The notes: generated by a model not told the origin, from the letters alone. A stretch of DNA of 64,000 bases from an uncultured archaeon (GCA_963810275.1 CAWENF010000019.1:155433-219432); one strand, 5' to 3'; positions 41,581-51,804 are shown, numbered from the stretch's first letter. Program-made: numbers and translations.

Positions 41581-42639
41581 ATGTCAAACAAGCGTAAAGT
41601 CGCCATTTTAGGCGCTACAGGCGCCGTTGGTCAACGGTACATTCAACTCCTGCAGGGGCACCCTTGGTTTGAGGTTTCCGTGCTCGCTGCTTCTGAGCGG
41701 AGCGCAGGCAAAAAATACAAAGATGCATGCACATGGCTCATGGAAACGGAGATGCCCAAAGAAATAGCGGCTATGCCAATCGCCAACATAGATGTTAAGT
41801 CAGCGGAGCGGACAGGCGACTTCGACTTGGTATTCACCTCACTACCCGGTGACCTAGCAGGTCCCGTGGAGAATGAATTCGGTGCGCGCTACCCGGTGTT
41901 TAGCAAAGCCAGTGCACATCGCATGGATAGAGACGTTCCTCTTATTGTGCCAGAAATCAACCCCGACCACATCGAACTAGTCAAAACCCAGAAGAAACTA
42001 CGCGGCTGGAAGGGATTCATAACAACTGATCCTAACTGCAGTACTATTGGCTTAGCAATCACACTCGCCCCCCTTTCCAAGTTTGGCATCCAGCAGGTTA
42101 TGGTTACAACTATGCAGGCCCTAAGTGGGGCAGGCTACCCTGGCGTCTCATCTCTTGATATAATAGATAACGTGGTACCGTTTATTTCGGGCGAAGAGGA
42201 TAAGATGGAGGTTGAGGCCCGCAAAATTTTGGGCACAATAAAAGGCGCAGAAATCAAGTACGCTGACTTCAAAATGAGTGCAAGCTGCAACCGAGTCAAC
42301 GTCAAAGACGGTCACCTCGAATCAGTGTTCATAAAGTTTGCGTCTGAGCCCTCGCTTGAAGAGGTTGAGGAGGCGTTCACAGGCTTCCAAGGAGAACCAC
42401 AGCGGCTCAAGTTGCCTTCTGCCCCAGCACAGCCAATCATTGTGCGCCACGAAAAGAACCGCCCTCAACCTAGATTAGACCGAAACGCGGGATGCGGCCA
42501 AAGTGTTGTGGTTGGCAGACTAAGAAAAGACCCTATCATGTCAATCAAGTACATGTGCCTTAGTCATAACACGGTTCGGGGCGCTGCAGGCGGCGGCATC
42601 TTAAGCGCCGAGTTATACGTCGCTAAAGGCTTAGCCTAA
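41581..42639 (+). CDS. asd: Aspartate-semialdehyde dehydrogenase (archaeal type)
   Basis: GATGAVGQ, PNCST, QALSGAGYPG, DGH and HNTVRGAAGG motifs. Confidence 0.95.
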   Translation: MSNKRKVAILGATGAVGQRYIQLLQGHPWFEVSVLAASERSAGKKYKDACTWLMETEMPKEIAAMPIANIDVKSAERTGDFDLVFTSLPGDLAGPVENEFGARYPVFSKASAHRMDRDVPLIVPEINPDHIELVKTQKKLRGWKGFITTDPNCSTIGLAITLAPLSKFGIQQVMVTTMQALSGAGYPGVSSLDIIDNVVPFISGEEDKMEVEARKILGTIKGAEIKYADFKMSASCNRVNVKDGHLESVFIKFASEPSLEEVEEAFTGFQGEPQRLKLPSAPAQPIIVRHEKNRPQPRLDRNAGCGQSVVVGRLRKDPIMSIKYMCLSHNTVRGAAGGGILSAELYVAKGLA

Positions 42640-42661
42640 ACACGTTTACTGGTGACTTTGA

Positions 42662-43939
42662 ATGGTTAAGAAAAAACTTCGTGACCCCTTAGAAGACCGC
42701 AAGGGAACCCTCTACTTTGACGGCTACTCTACAGTTGAGTTAGCAAAAGAATACGACACTCCCCTCTACCTGCTTAGTGAGAAACGCATACGAGACAACT
42801 ACGATCGTCTCTACGGCACACTCGTTAACAACTACAAGTACGTGCGCATCTACTACGCCGCCAAAGCCAACACCAACCTAAACGTGCTACGCATCATGCA
42901 CCAGCAAGGTGCATACTTGGACACAGTGAGCCCAGGCGAAGTCTTCCTTGCCCTGAGCGCAGGCTTCACACCCGACCGACTTCTATTTACGGGTACAAGC
43001 GTCCGAAATGACGAACTAAAAATGCTCGCTGACGCAAACATCACCATAAACGTTGACTCTCAAAGCGAAATGGACCGACTTCTCAAGATCTCTGTTCCCC
43101 AAATCCTATCCGTCCGAGTAAATCCAGAAGTCGGCGCAGGACACCACAGCCATTGCATCACCGCAGGTCCCGACTCCAAGTTCGGTCTCTGGGAAGAAGA
43201 AGTCATACAAGCTTACGCTATTGCTCAGCGCGCCCGTGTGGGCCGCTTCGGTATTCACATGCATATTGGCTCAGGTGTTCTGGAACCTGAGCCCTATGCG
43301 GCAGCAGTGGAGAAACTGCTGAAAATCGCCAAACGTGTCCACGAAGAAGTGGGCATTGACTTTGAGTTCATCGACATCGGCGGCGGACTGGGTATCCCCT
43401 ACAACCCAGAAGAGAAGGATCTTGACCTCTCTGAGTTCTCAAGCAAAGTTGTCTCCATGTTTAAAGCTAAAGTCAAAGAGTATGGTTTAGGCAAGCCGTT
43501 CCTGTTCGTGGAACCGGGTAGGTACCTTGTCGGCGACGCCAGCATTCTCTTAACCTCGGTGAATACGGTGAAGGTTACACCCAGCCACAAGTACGTCGGC
43601 GTAGACGCAGGTTTCCACACGCTGCTGCGTCCAGCAATGTACGGCAGCTACCACCCTATTCTTGTCGCCAACAAGCTTGACGCGACCGACAAAGATATCT
43701 TTGATGTAGCGGGCCCGATCTGCGAGTCAGGTGACTTGCTCGCTAAAGACCGAGAGCTTCCTCTGGTAGCTGAAGGTGACTTGTTAGCTGTTTTAAATGC
43801 AGGGGCTTACGGATACAGCATGAGCAGTCAATACAACAGCCGCCCAAGAGCAGCCGAAGTCATGATAAAAGCTGGTAAACCCGTCGTTGTCCGAGAACGT
43901 GAACAGCTAAAAGACTTAATGACTAATCAGCGGATGTAG
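42662..43939 (+). CDS. lysA: Diaminopimelate decarboxylase
   Basis: YAAKAN, HMHIGS, DIGGG, EPGRY, GPICESGD and GAYGYSMSSQYNSRPR motifs. Confidence 0.96.
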   Translation: MVKKKLRDPLEDRKGTLYFDGYSTVELAKEYDTPLYLLSEKRIRDNYDRLYGTLVNNYKYVRIYYAAKANTNLNVLRIMHQQGAYLDTVSPGEVFLALSAGFTPDRLLFTGTSVRNDELKMLADANITINVDSQSEMDRLLKISVPQILSVRVNPEVGAGHHSHCITAGPDSKFGLWEEEVIQAYAIAQRARVGRFGIHMHIGSGVLEPEPYAAAVEKLLKIAKRVHEEVGIDFEFIDIGGGLGIPYNPEEKDLDLSEFSSKVVSMFKAKVKEYGLGKPFLFVEPGRYLVGDASILLTSVNTVKVTPSHKYVGVDAGFHTLLRPAMYGSYHPILVANKLDATDKDIFDVAGPICESGDLLAKDRELPLVAEGDLLAVLNAGAYGYSMSSQYNSRPRAAEVMIKAGKPVVVREREQLKDLMTNQRM

Positions 43940-43950
43940 AGTGACCCCTG

Positions 43951-44784
43951 ATGCGTTTCTGGAAAATGCACGGATTAGGAAACGACTACGTTGTCATCGA
44001 TAATCGAGACCATAAAATCAGCGACCAGCAAGCGCCACAAATCGCAAAGAAGCTGTGCGACCGTCGCTTCTCCATCGGCGCTGACGGTCTGCTTCTCGTA
44101 TTCCCCTCCGAGGTTGCAGACGTAAAGATGCGGATTTTCAACTCCGACGGAAGCGAAGCCGAGATGTGCGGCAACGGAATCCGATGCTTCAGCAAGTACT
44201 GCTACGAAAATCACATCGTCCAAGAAACAGAGTTCCCGATCGAAACATTAGCGGGCATAAAGTACATCGAATTAACCCTAAACGGCGACGAAGTTTCCTC
44301 CGTCAAAGTAGACATGGGCGGTCCGAACTGGCAACGCAGCTCACTACCCATGCTGGGCCAAGGCGAAGCCATAAACATAACTCTGAAAATGGACGGTAAA
44401 CACTACCAAGTCACCTGCCTCTCCATGGGCAACCCCCACTGCGTAACATTCGTCGAAGACGCTGACAAATTCCCAGTCGACTATGTCGGACCCACCATAG
44501 AACACGACCCTGCCTTCCCAAGAAGAGTCAACGTCGGCTTCGCCCAAGTCATTAGCCGCGACGAGATGAAAGTGCGGGTTTGGGAGCGGGGCTGCGGAGA
44601 AACACTCGCTTGCGGCACAGGTATCTGTGCCGCCGTCGCAGCCGCCAACAAGCTGGGCAAAGTCGACGGAAACGTCTTAGTCCACGCACTCGGCGGAGAC
44701 CTAACTGTCCAAGTCGCAGACACAATTTACCTCTGCGGCGCCGCCGAAAAAGTCTATGAAGGCACACTATTCAAGGAGCCATAA
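43951..44784 (+). CDS. dapF: Diaminopimelate epimerase
   Basis: KMHGLGNDY, GADG, EMCGNGIRC, MGNPH and ERGCGETLACGTG motifs. Confidence 0.96.
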   Translation: MRFWKMHGLGNDYVVIDNRDHKISDQQAPQIAKKLCDRRFSIGADGLLLVFPSEVADVKMRIFNSDGSEAEMCGNGIRCFSKYCYENHIVQETEFPIETLAGIKYIELTLNGDEVSSVKVDMGGPNWQRSSLPMLGQGEAINITLKMDGKHYQVTCLSMGNPHCVTFVEDADKFPVDYVGPTIEHDPAFPRRVNVGFAQVISRDEMKVRVWERGCGETLACGTGICAAVAAANKLGKVDGNVLVHALGGDLTVQVADTIYLCGAAEKVYEGTLFKEP

Positions 44785-44789
44785 ACCAC

Positions 44790-45947
44790 ATGTTTGAGTA
44801 TGCAGAACGAATCAAACGGTTACCACCGTACCTATTTGCCGAAATCGAGAAACTTCAAAAAGAAAAGAAAGCCCAAGGCATCGACTTAATCTCTTTGAGC
44901 ATAGGCGACCCTGATTTGCCGCCGCCTCAATTCGTCGTCGACGCGCTCGCCAAGGAAGCTGCTGGACTTAAAAACCACAACTACAGCTTCAGCCAAGGCG
45001 AACCTGACTTCCGCGCCGCCGTCACCGCTTGGTACAAAACCCGCTTCGGTGTCGATTTAGCAAGCGACCAAGTCGTCGCCCTGCTGGGCTCAAAAGAAGG
45101 CATAGCAAACATCGCCCGAGCATTCATAGACCCCGGCGATTACGTGCTCTGCCCCGACCCAGCCTACCCAGTCTACGCCAACGGCAGCACCATACTCTGC
45201 GACGGCCAAGCCATGCCATTACCATTACTTGAAGAAAACCATTTCTTACCCGACTTTGAAGAATTGGATGCAAGGCGCGTTAAAATGATGTTTATCAATT
45301 ACCCCAACAACCCCACCGCCGCAACCGCAACTATCAAGAGCTTGAAAGAAGCCGTCGAATTTGCCAAAGACAATAACATCATCCTCTGCTACGACAACGC
45401 ATACTCAGAAATAACCTACGAAGGTCACAAAGCCCCCAGTATTCTCGAAGTCGACGGTGCACTCGACGTGGCAGTAGAGTTCAACTCGTTGTCTAAGACG
45501 TTTAACATGACGGGTGACCGCATCGGCTTCGCTGTAGGTAACAAACAGCTGATTGCTGGCTTGGCGAAGGTTAAGTCGCAGATTGATTCAGGTCCGCCGG
45601 TTTACACTCAGAAAGTAGCCATCACAGCTCTGGGCAGCTACAAGAGCTCCCAGCAACCAGAGTTTCTCAAAAAGAACAACCTGATTATGCAAGAACGCCG
45701 TGATCTACTTGTCGACACGCTAACCAAGCTCGGCTACTTGTGCGAGAAGCCAAAAGCAACCTTCTATGTATGGGTAAACTGCAACGGTGATTCCATGAAG
45801 TTTGCCTCTAAACTACTTGACGTTGGCGTAGTAGTTACTCCAGGAGTTGGTTTCGGAAAACACGGCGAGAACTATGTACGCATAACCTTCACCCAGCCAA
45901 AGGAACGCATAGCTGAAGCCTGCAAACGCATAGAATCAGTTCTCTAA
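44790..45947 (+). CDS. dapL: LL-diaminopimelate aminotransferase (DapL2-type)
   Basis: LPPYLFAEI, GSKEG, NYPNNPT, DNAY and SLSKTFNMTGDRIG motifs; sits in the dap operon. Confidence 0.88.
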   Translation: MFEYAERIKRLPPYLFAEIEKLQKEKKAQGIDLISLSIGDPDLPPPQFVVDALAKEAAGLKNHNYSFSQGEPDFRAAVTAWYKTRFGVDLASDQVVALLGSKEGIANIARAFIDPGDYVLCPDPAYPVYANGSTILCDGQAMPLPLLEENHFLPDFEELDARRVKMMFINYPNNPTAATATIKSLKEAVEFAKDNNIILCYDNAYSEITYEGHKAPSILEVDGALDVAVEFNSLSKTFNMTGDRIGFAVGNKQLIAGLAKVKSQIDSGPPVYTQKVAITALGSYKSSQQPEFLKKNNLIMQERRDLLVDTLTKLGYLCEKPKATFYVWVNCNGDSMKFASKLLDVGVVVTPGVGFGKHGENYVRITFTQPKERIAEACKRIESVL

Positions 45948-46163
45948 TTTTTCTTTATTTTTATTTTTCCATTCTTCACGAAGCTTCTCTGCGAGGTTGC
46001 CATCTTCAAGGATGAACGAGCCTCGATACCCACAGTTTTTGCAGTCCCAAATTGACCAGAATTGAGGCATACCTTGCGCCCAGTAAATATTAGTTGAGCC
46101 GCATTTAGGGCAGAATTTTGCTGCAAACGCTTTTTTCTTATTTTTTGTCTTGAATAATCCCAA
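45936..46163 (-). CDS. Small zinc-ribbon protein
   Basis: FCPKCGS...WDCKNCGYRG. Confidence 0.75.
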   Translation of the reverse strand: MGLFKTKNKKKAFAAKFCPKCGSTNIYWAQGMPQFWSIWDCKNCGYRGSFILEDGNLAEKLREEWKNKNKEKLEN

Positions 46164-46218
46164 TTTTGTCCCTCAATTTAGGTAAATCAGACTTTGTTTT
46201 TTTTAAGAATTATTTAAA

Positions 46219-47328
46219 TTAGAAAAAGTAAGCTCCTGTTAAAAGAAAATGGCCTTCAGGCAAGTTAAGTCCAAATCCGGAGCCTACAGTAGTTATGATG
46301 AACAACACGTATATAGTCAGCAGCACGGCACCTTCTTTCCATGCAATCTTTCTTCTGGAAAGGAAGTACCAGAAGAACGTGTTGATGATAATCGAGAACA
46401 ATATCAGGTTAAGATAAACCGACATCACTAAGTTGCTGACACTGTTACCCAGAAGTGTGGGCACAAACAATGCCACACCTAAAATAAGCGTAGTATTGAA
46501 AAAGGCTGCGCCGATGATGTTGCCCAACGCCAAGTTTGCGTGTCCTTTTAGTATTGCTTTGACGCCTATTGTTAACTCGGGAAGGCTGGTGCCCAACGCA
46601 ACTATGGTGGCTCCTATAACTTCCTGTGAGACGCCTGCGCCTGTAGCTATGGTTATGGCTGACTCCACCATGAAGTTAGCACTCACTACCACACCCAAAG
46701 CGCCCAGAATCGTGAAGACTACAAATTGTTTGAGTTTGCCTTTGTCTCCTGGCTCTATTTCGACTTCTTCTTCGTCAGTGGTTATTCGTACCTTAGACAG
46801 CCTGTAGATGTATATTCCAAACACTGTAAGCAGAATTAATCCCACAAACCATGCAAATTCCTGAGGAATGTAGAGTAGTATAAGCGGCACTACGGAAGCT
46901 ACGAATAAGCCAAACTCAATATTGCTCATTTCTGACTCGAGAAAGTTAGGCAAAATGTTGTTGTTGCTGACTGAGAGGGGTTTTTTTCTTTTGCATTTAA
47001 CAAATATGTTTGCCCCCAAGAGTAAGGCGCCAATGCCGAGTATTGCGGATATGTTGAATATGTTTGAGCCTATGGCGTTACCGATGGATAATGCCGCACC
47101 ACCAGATACAGCTGCGGACAATGCAACTGTCAACTCTGGCAGCGTTGTGGACAGCGAAATCAAGGTGAAGCCAACAGACGTCTTGCCCAGTTTAGATAGG
47201 GCTGCAATTTTGGTTGCGTATTTGATGACGACATCGCTTGTCAGGTTTAGGAAAACGATGGAAACCGCTATTATAGCGATGTTTATGAGGAAATCCGTGC
47301 TCAAGAAGTCCAATGCTCTAACCAGCAT
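46219..47328 (-). CDS. Na+/Ca2+ (CaCA, YrbG-like) antiporter
   Basis: Two alpha repeats: STTLPEL...GNAIGSNIFN and GTSLPEL...GNIIGAAFFN. Confidence 0.92.
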   Translation of the reverse strand: MLVRALDFLSTDFLINIAIIAVSIVFLNLTSDVVIKYATKIAALSKLGKTSVGFTLISLSTTLPELTVALSAAVSGGAALSIGNAIGSNIFNISAILGIGALLLGANIFVKCKRKKPLSVSNNNILPNFLESEMSNIEFGLFVASVVPLILLYIPQEFAWFVGLILLTVFGIYIYRLSKVRITTDEEEVEIEPGDKGKLKQFVVFTILGALGVVVSANFMVESAITIATGAGVSQEVIGATIVALGTSLPELTIGVKAILKGHANLALGNIIGAAFFNTTLILGVALFVPTLLGNSVSNLVMSVYLNLILFSIIINTFFWYFLSRRKIAWKEGAVLLTIYVLFIITTVGSGFGLNLPEGHFLLTGAYFF

Positions 47329-47503
47329 AGCCTTTAGATTTGCTTTGAGGCTGAAACGGGTTTATTCATTTAAGTTTTGCTCTGCATGAACATCTGAAAG
47401 CAGATGCAGCAACCATGCCTTTTTAATAATCAATTAAAACCAAAGATAACCTTGGAATTGCTAAATTATAAATATACGGACTCCTTCTTTGAGAACGGTT
47501 CCT

Positions 47504-47935
47504 ATGCTATATGAAAAGATCTTAGTTGCAGTAGACGGCTCTGGACAGTCTAATCGAGCGTTAAAAGAAGCCCTTCGAATCGCACAATTCGCTAACAGCA
47601 AAATAACCCTTATTCATGTTTATCCCCAAGACCCATCATCTTCTACTTTGATTTCCGCAAATCAACAATTTTACAAAATTTTGAAAGACAGCGGCAAGAC
47701 GGTGCTTGGGGAAGCACAAAAAGTGGTTGCTGCGGAGTGCGAAGTTGTAAACGTGGAGGCTTTGGAGCTTGAAGGAGATGCGGCAGAGCAAATTGTTCAA
47801 ACCGCAAAAGACAGCAAATACAATTTGATTGTGCTGGGCGCAAGGGGAGTTAATAAGCTGTCGGGGTTGATTCTGGGAAGTGTAAGCCAAGGCGTCATTA
47901 AAAACGCACCCTGTCCCGTTCTAATTGTAAAATAA
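47504..47935 (+). CDS. Universal stress protein (UspA family)
   Basis: KILVAVDGS and LIVLGARG...LGSVS...PCPVLIV motifs. Confidence 0.94.
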   Translation: MLYEKILVAVDGSGQSNRALKEALRIAQFANSKITLIHVYPQDPSSSTLISANQQFYKILKDSGKTVLGEAQKVVAAECEVVNVEALELEGDAAEQIVQTAKDSKYNLIVLGARGVNKLSGLILGSVSQGVIKNAPCPVLIVK

Positions 47936-47937
47936 CA

Positions 47938-49002
47938 CTAATCTTTTTTGAGGTAGACCGTGCTTGTTGGGAACGCCATTTCTATTCCTTCCTTCTCAAA
48001 GTTTTCTTTAATTGCGAAATTGATTCTCTCTTGCACTTTGAGGTATTCGCCCCAATCAGCCGACTCCACGTAGTAAATAATCAAGAATTTCAGGGCGAAG
48101 TCAGCAAACTCTGTGAAATGCACTCGGTCAACTGTGGCTATCTCCATGCTTTGGATTATGTCAGTGACTATGCCTGGGATTTTCTTAAGCTTCTCAGAAG
48201 GAGTATCGTATGTCACTCCTATGTTAACTACTATGCGCCGTCTTTCAAGTTTACGGAAGTTCCTCACATTAGAACCTGTTAATTGCTGATTGGGCAAGAC
48301 CAACTCTTCACCCTGTAGAAGCTTTACTCTTGTGGATCGTATACCGATGGCTGTAACTGTACCTGCTTGGTCGCCAACTATAATGAAGTCTCCTATTTCG
48401 AAGGGACGGTCAAAATATATGGCGAATGCACTGAAGAAGTCGCTTAATGTGCTTTGGAGGGCAAATGCTATGGCGATGCCTCCTACTCCTAACCCGACAA
48501 CTGCGCCTGTTAGGTTAACTTGGAAAACGTAGAGGATTATGAGTATTGCTGCTACGAAGACGACTATCTGTATGATTTTTTTTAGAAGGAAAAGCAGGTG
48601 AGGACTGTTTTTAGTTTCAAGTTCTTTTCTTGCGACATACCAGTCTGCAACAATGTTTGCTATACGGGCGACTGCGAATGCTCCCAGTAGGATTTCTATT
48701 ACAGTGAATGCTTGGTTGAGTGTTTCTTGGTAGGGTGCCAAAATTGATAGCGGCTGCAGGGCGCCTTCGATTCCGAAGATGACTATCATGATAATTATTA
48801 TGAGTTTTACGGCGGCGATAATTTGGTCGTCGAGGTCGGTTTGAGTTTTCTTTGCCCATCTGCAAAAGTACTTGTTGAAAATAAAATAAGACCCCCACCC
48901 AACGCAGGCAACGATGGCAAAGATGATTATGGAAGTTATGATTTCGCCGTTTGCTAAGCTGGTGTTGAATAATTGCTTTAAGATTTCGGGAAGAGTAGCC
49001 AT
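47938..49002 (-). CDS. mscS: Small-conductance mechanosensitive channel
   Basis: GVGGIAIAFALQ, DRPFEIGD, IGIRST, PN and GIEMAFP motifs. Confidence 0.93.
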   Translation of the reverse strand: MATLPEILKQLFNTSLANGEIITSIIIFAIVACVGWGSYFIFNKYFCRWAKKTQTDLDDQIIAAVKLIIIIMIVIFGIEGALQPLSILAPYQETLNQAFTVIEILLGAFAVARIANIVADWYVARKELETKNSPHLLFLLKKIIQIVVFVAAILIILYVFQVNLTGAVVGLGVGGIAIAFALQSTLSDFFSAFAIYFDRPFEIGDFIIVGDQAGTVTAIGIRSTRVKLLQGEELVLPNQQLTGSNVRNFRKLERRRIVVNIGVTYDTPSEKLKKIPGIVTDIIQSMEIATVDRVHFTEFADFALKFLIIYYVESADWGEYLKVQERINFAIKENFEKEGIEMAFPTSTVYLKKD

Positions 49003-49124
49003 CTTGGAGTCTTTTTAATCTGTCAAGCTATTTTAAGTTTCTTGGATACCCTGCAAAGAAGCCATAGGTTTCTGTGTTAACCAGAACTTTGTAAAAAGGA
49101 TAAAAAAGAAAAGTTTGAAGCAGC

Positions 49125-50057
49125 TTATTTGGCGGCTGCTTTTGCAAGCTTCTTAAGAATGGCTTCTTTAGCGATAGTGTATGCGATTTCGTAATCAAAG
49201 AGTCCCTGCGGCTCAGCGGTGGCACGTTTAATCATTTCTACTTCAGTTTTGATTTTGAGTTTGCCGATGGCTAATGCTCCGATGCCAAAAACGCCTGGCT
49301 TGAGTTCTATACCGTCATCGTTGGGTCCTAAACCTTCAACTCCTAAGGGTTTGATAGCGTTGATGTCTCCGACGATTTTGCAGTTTGGTGAAGCATCGAG
49401 GTCTGATTTGGTTAACAATTGGATTCCGCCTGCGCCTGCGGCAAGGATAATTTCAGCGTTCTTAACTGCTGCGGCTGTCTGCTCTGGCTTGGCTACTTCC
49501 ACAACTTTGACACGTTGTGCGCCGCATTCAGCGTTGATTTTGTCGGCGACTGCCTGACCCTTAGCTAATGAGCGGCTGCTGATTGTTACGTCTGCCTCTT
49601 CGGATGCGTAAATGCGTGCTGCGGTTTGACCAACGGGACCAGTGCCTGCTAACACAGTGACTTTTTTGCCTTTCAAGTCACCTAAGTTTTTCTCTTTGGC
49701 TGCGCCAAACGTTTTGGCGACTGCGGCTGCTGCGGTGCTGTATCCACCTCTTGGGTCGACTATGATGCTGTTGCTCCATGGTGCGGACTTCATAGCTTTT
49801 TGAGTGGCTGCGACAACTTTTTCGACTTCCTCAAAGTTGCTGCCGTTAATGAAGACTTTAGTGTGGGCTGCGCCTGCTGGTCCACGTGGGAAAAGCAGGT
49901 CAAACACGATTTTTGGCGCATCTTCGCCAGTGACGTTTTCAAACTTAAATATCATTGAGTCTGGGAAAGCGTCGATGGCGACAAGCATGTCAAATGGGCT
50001 GCAATATTTGTCTGTGTCTAAGAAAACGAAAACTGTTTTGAATTGGGGTTGTGCCAA
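49125..50057 (-). CDS. mtdB: NAD(P)-dependent methylene-H4MPT/H4F dehydrogenase (MtdA/MtdB family)
   Basis: SPFD, FPRGP, DPRGGYSTAAA, AGTGPVG, DINA and GALAIGKLK motifs. Confidence 0.85.
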   Translation of the reverse strand: MAQPQFKTVFVFLDTDKYCSPFDMLVAIDAFPDSMIFKFENVTGEDAPKIVFDLLFPRGPAGAAHTKVFINGSNFEEVEKVVAATQKAMKSAPWSNSIIVDPRGGYSTAAAAVAKTFGAAKEKNLGDLKGKKVTVLAGTGPVGQTAARIYASEEADVTISSRSLAKGQAVADKINAECGAQRVKVVEVAKPEQTAAAVKNAEIILAAGAGGIQLLTKSDLDASPNCKIVGDINAIKPLGVEGLGPNDDGIELKPGVFGIGALAIGKLKIKTEVEMIKRATAEPQGLFDYEIAYTIAKEAILKKLAKAAAK

Positions 50058-50337
50058 TTTTAATTACACCTTAACTTGTTTGTGAATGCAGTTTAATGAT
50101 TTAAGAATATCCACTTATTTTTTTTTCAATCTAATGATAATTCGTTAACTGTTTTGTTCGTTTGCTCTATGAGGAATTCGAGACAACTAAATGCTACTCC
50201 CAAACTCCAAAAACCTGAATTGTCAATAAATAATGCTTGGGTCTGCTTAGAGCAAGTAACCGTGTACGTTTTAGATTCGTTTGATGGCTCGATTAGTTTG
50301 GGAAAAATCTTATATCACCAATCGTGAACTAAAAGCT

Positions 50338-51006
50338 ATGGCTCCTAGAAATAAAGCACTTCGAAAGAAAGCCCGAGTTCCACCGCCTCCACCTAAACGC
50401 AAATTCAACCGCTCAGTGATAATAGCAGTTGCCATAATCGCTGTCATAGTTGTCATTTTCGGCGTAGTCGTCGCTACAGGGCAACTTAACCAGCCAACTC
50501 CTACTTCAACTGACCCTTACGCGGATACTCAGGAGGTGCTGTTGCAGACTAGCATGGGAAACATCACTATAGCATTACGTAACGATAAGCCCATTACGAC
50601 TGAGAACTTCGTAAACTTGGCAAATGAAGGAATATACGACAACACAATCTTTCATCGTGTCATCGCTGGTTTCATGATTCAGGGCGGCGACCCAACCGGA
50701 ACCGGATTCGGAGACTCTTCTATCCCAAACATCCAAGATGAAGCCGACGTCGGAGTGGACAACCACAACTTCAACGGCACCATCGCCATGGCTAATACAG
50801 GTGCAGCTAACAGCGCAAGCAGCCAATTCTTCATTAACGTAGCAGACAACAACAACCGCTATGCAAGTTTTGACAGCAGCTACACAGTATTCGGAAAAGT
50901 CGTATCCGGAATGGATATAGTAATGCAGATTTCCCAAGTAGCAACAAACTCCGACGATAAACCACTGGAAGACGTAACTCTAATTAGAGCAACAGTGCTT
51001 CCATAA
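50338..51006 (+). CDS. Membrane-anchored cyclophilin-type PPIase
   Basis: Basic N-tail plus TM helix; FHRVIAGFMIQGGDPTG, IAMAN and SQFFIN motifs. Confidence 0.93.
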   Translation: MAPRNKALRKKARVPPPPPKRKFNRSVIIAVAIIAVIVVIFGVVVATGQLNQPTPTSTDPYADTQEVLLQTSMGNITIALRNDKPITTENFVNLANEGIYDNTIFHRVIAGFMIQGGDPTGTGFGDSSIPNIQDEADVGVDNHNFNGTIAMANTGAANSASSQFFINVADNNNRYASFDSSYTVFGKVVSGMDIVMQISQVATNSDDKPLEDVTLIRATVLP

Positions 51007-51093
51007 GAAAATCCCTCTTTCTGTTTTAACAGTTAACTGCAAATCAATAGGCATATAGCTTCCTTTCCAAATTGCATATAGCGGTGTAAAATT

Positions 51094-51573
51094 ATGGTTG
51101 ACGAATACAGCAACGGAGTAAAAGTTCTCCTTCGCACCATCATGGGAGATATAACTATCCAGCTAAGAAACGACATGCCCGTCACAACGGGTAACTTCAA
51201 AAATCTCGTAGAAAAAGGTACCTTCAACGGAACCATCTTTCATCGTGTCATACGCGACTTTATGATTCAGGGTGGCGACCCTACTGGCACTGGGTACGGC
51301 GACCACTCAATTCCTGATATTAAAGACGAGTTTACAAGAAAAAACTTCAATGACCGAGGTACCATCGCTATGGCAAACGCTGGACCCAACACAGGCAGCA
51401 GTCAGTTCTTCATAAACCTAGTTGACAACAACTACTTGGATAGTAAGCATCCGCAGTTTGGCAAAGTCATAGAGGGCATGGATGTGGTGGATAAAATCGG
51501 TAAGGTACGAACTAACCAGGTGGATAAGCCGCTCAAGGAAGTTATAATCGAGTCTGCCACAATAGTGCCGTAA
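51094..51573 (+). CDS. Cytoplasmic cyclophilin-type PPIase
   Basis: FHRVIRDFMIQGGDPTG, AMANAGPNTGSSQFFIN and YLDSKH motifs. Confidence 0.95.
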   Translation: MVDEYSNGVKVLLRTIMGDITIQLRNDMPVTTGNFKNLVEKGTFNGTIFHRVIRDFMIQGGDPTGTGYGDHSIPDIKDEFTRKNFNDRGTIAMANAGPNTGSSQFFINLVDNNYLDSKHPQFGKVIEGMDVVDKIGKVRTNQVDKPLKEVIIESATIVP

Positions 51574-51600
51574 GAAACAAAAAATTAGGAAAAAACTATT

Positions 51601-51804
51601 TTACTTTTTCTTTTCTTCAGCTTTGGGCTTAGAGCCTATTTCTACGGCTTGAATGCTGATTTGGTATTTTTTGCCCGCAGCAACCATTTTGCCCGTGCCG
51701 TAGAAGCCTCTGCTACCGGTTTTGAAGTCTTTTTTATCCAAGATGAAGTTCTGTTTATCGCCGTTAAGCTGGATATTTGCCATATTCACGTTTTCATTGC
51801 TCAT
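51601..51804 (-). CDS. Small basic hypothetical protein
   Basis: 67 aa with a GGTGA ribosome-binding site; KDFKTGSRGFYGTGK...YQISIQAVEIGSK. Confidence 0.7.
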   Translation of the reverse strand: MSNENVNMANIQLNGDKQNFILDKKDFKTGSRGFYGTGKMVAAGKKYQISIQAVEIGSKPKAEEKKK

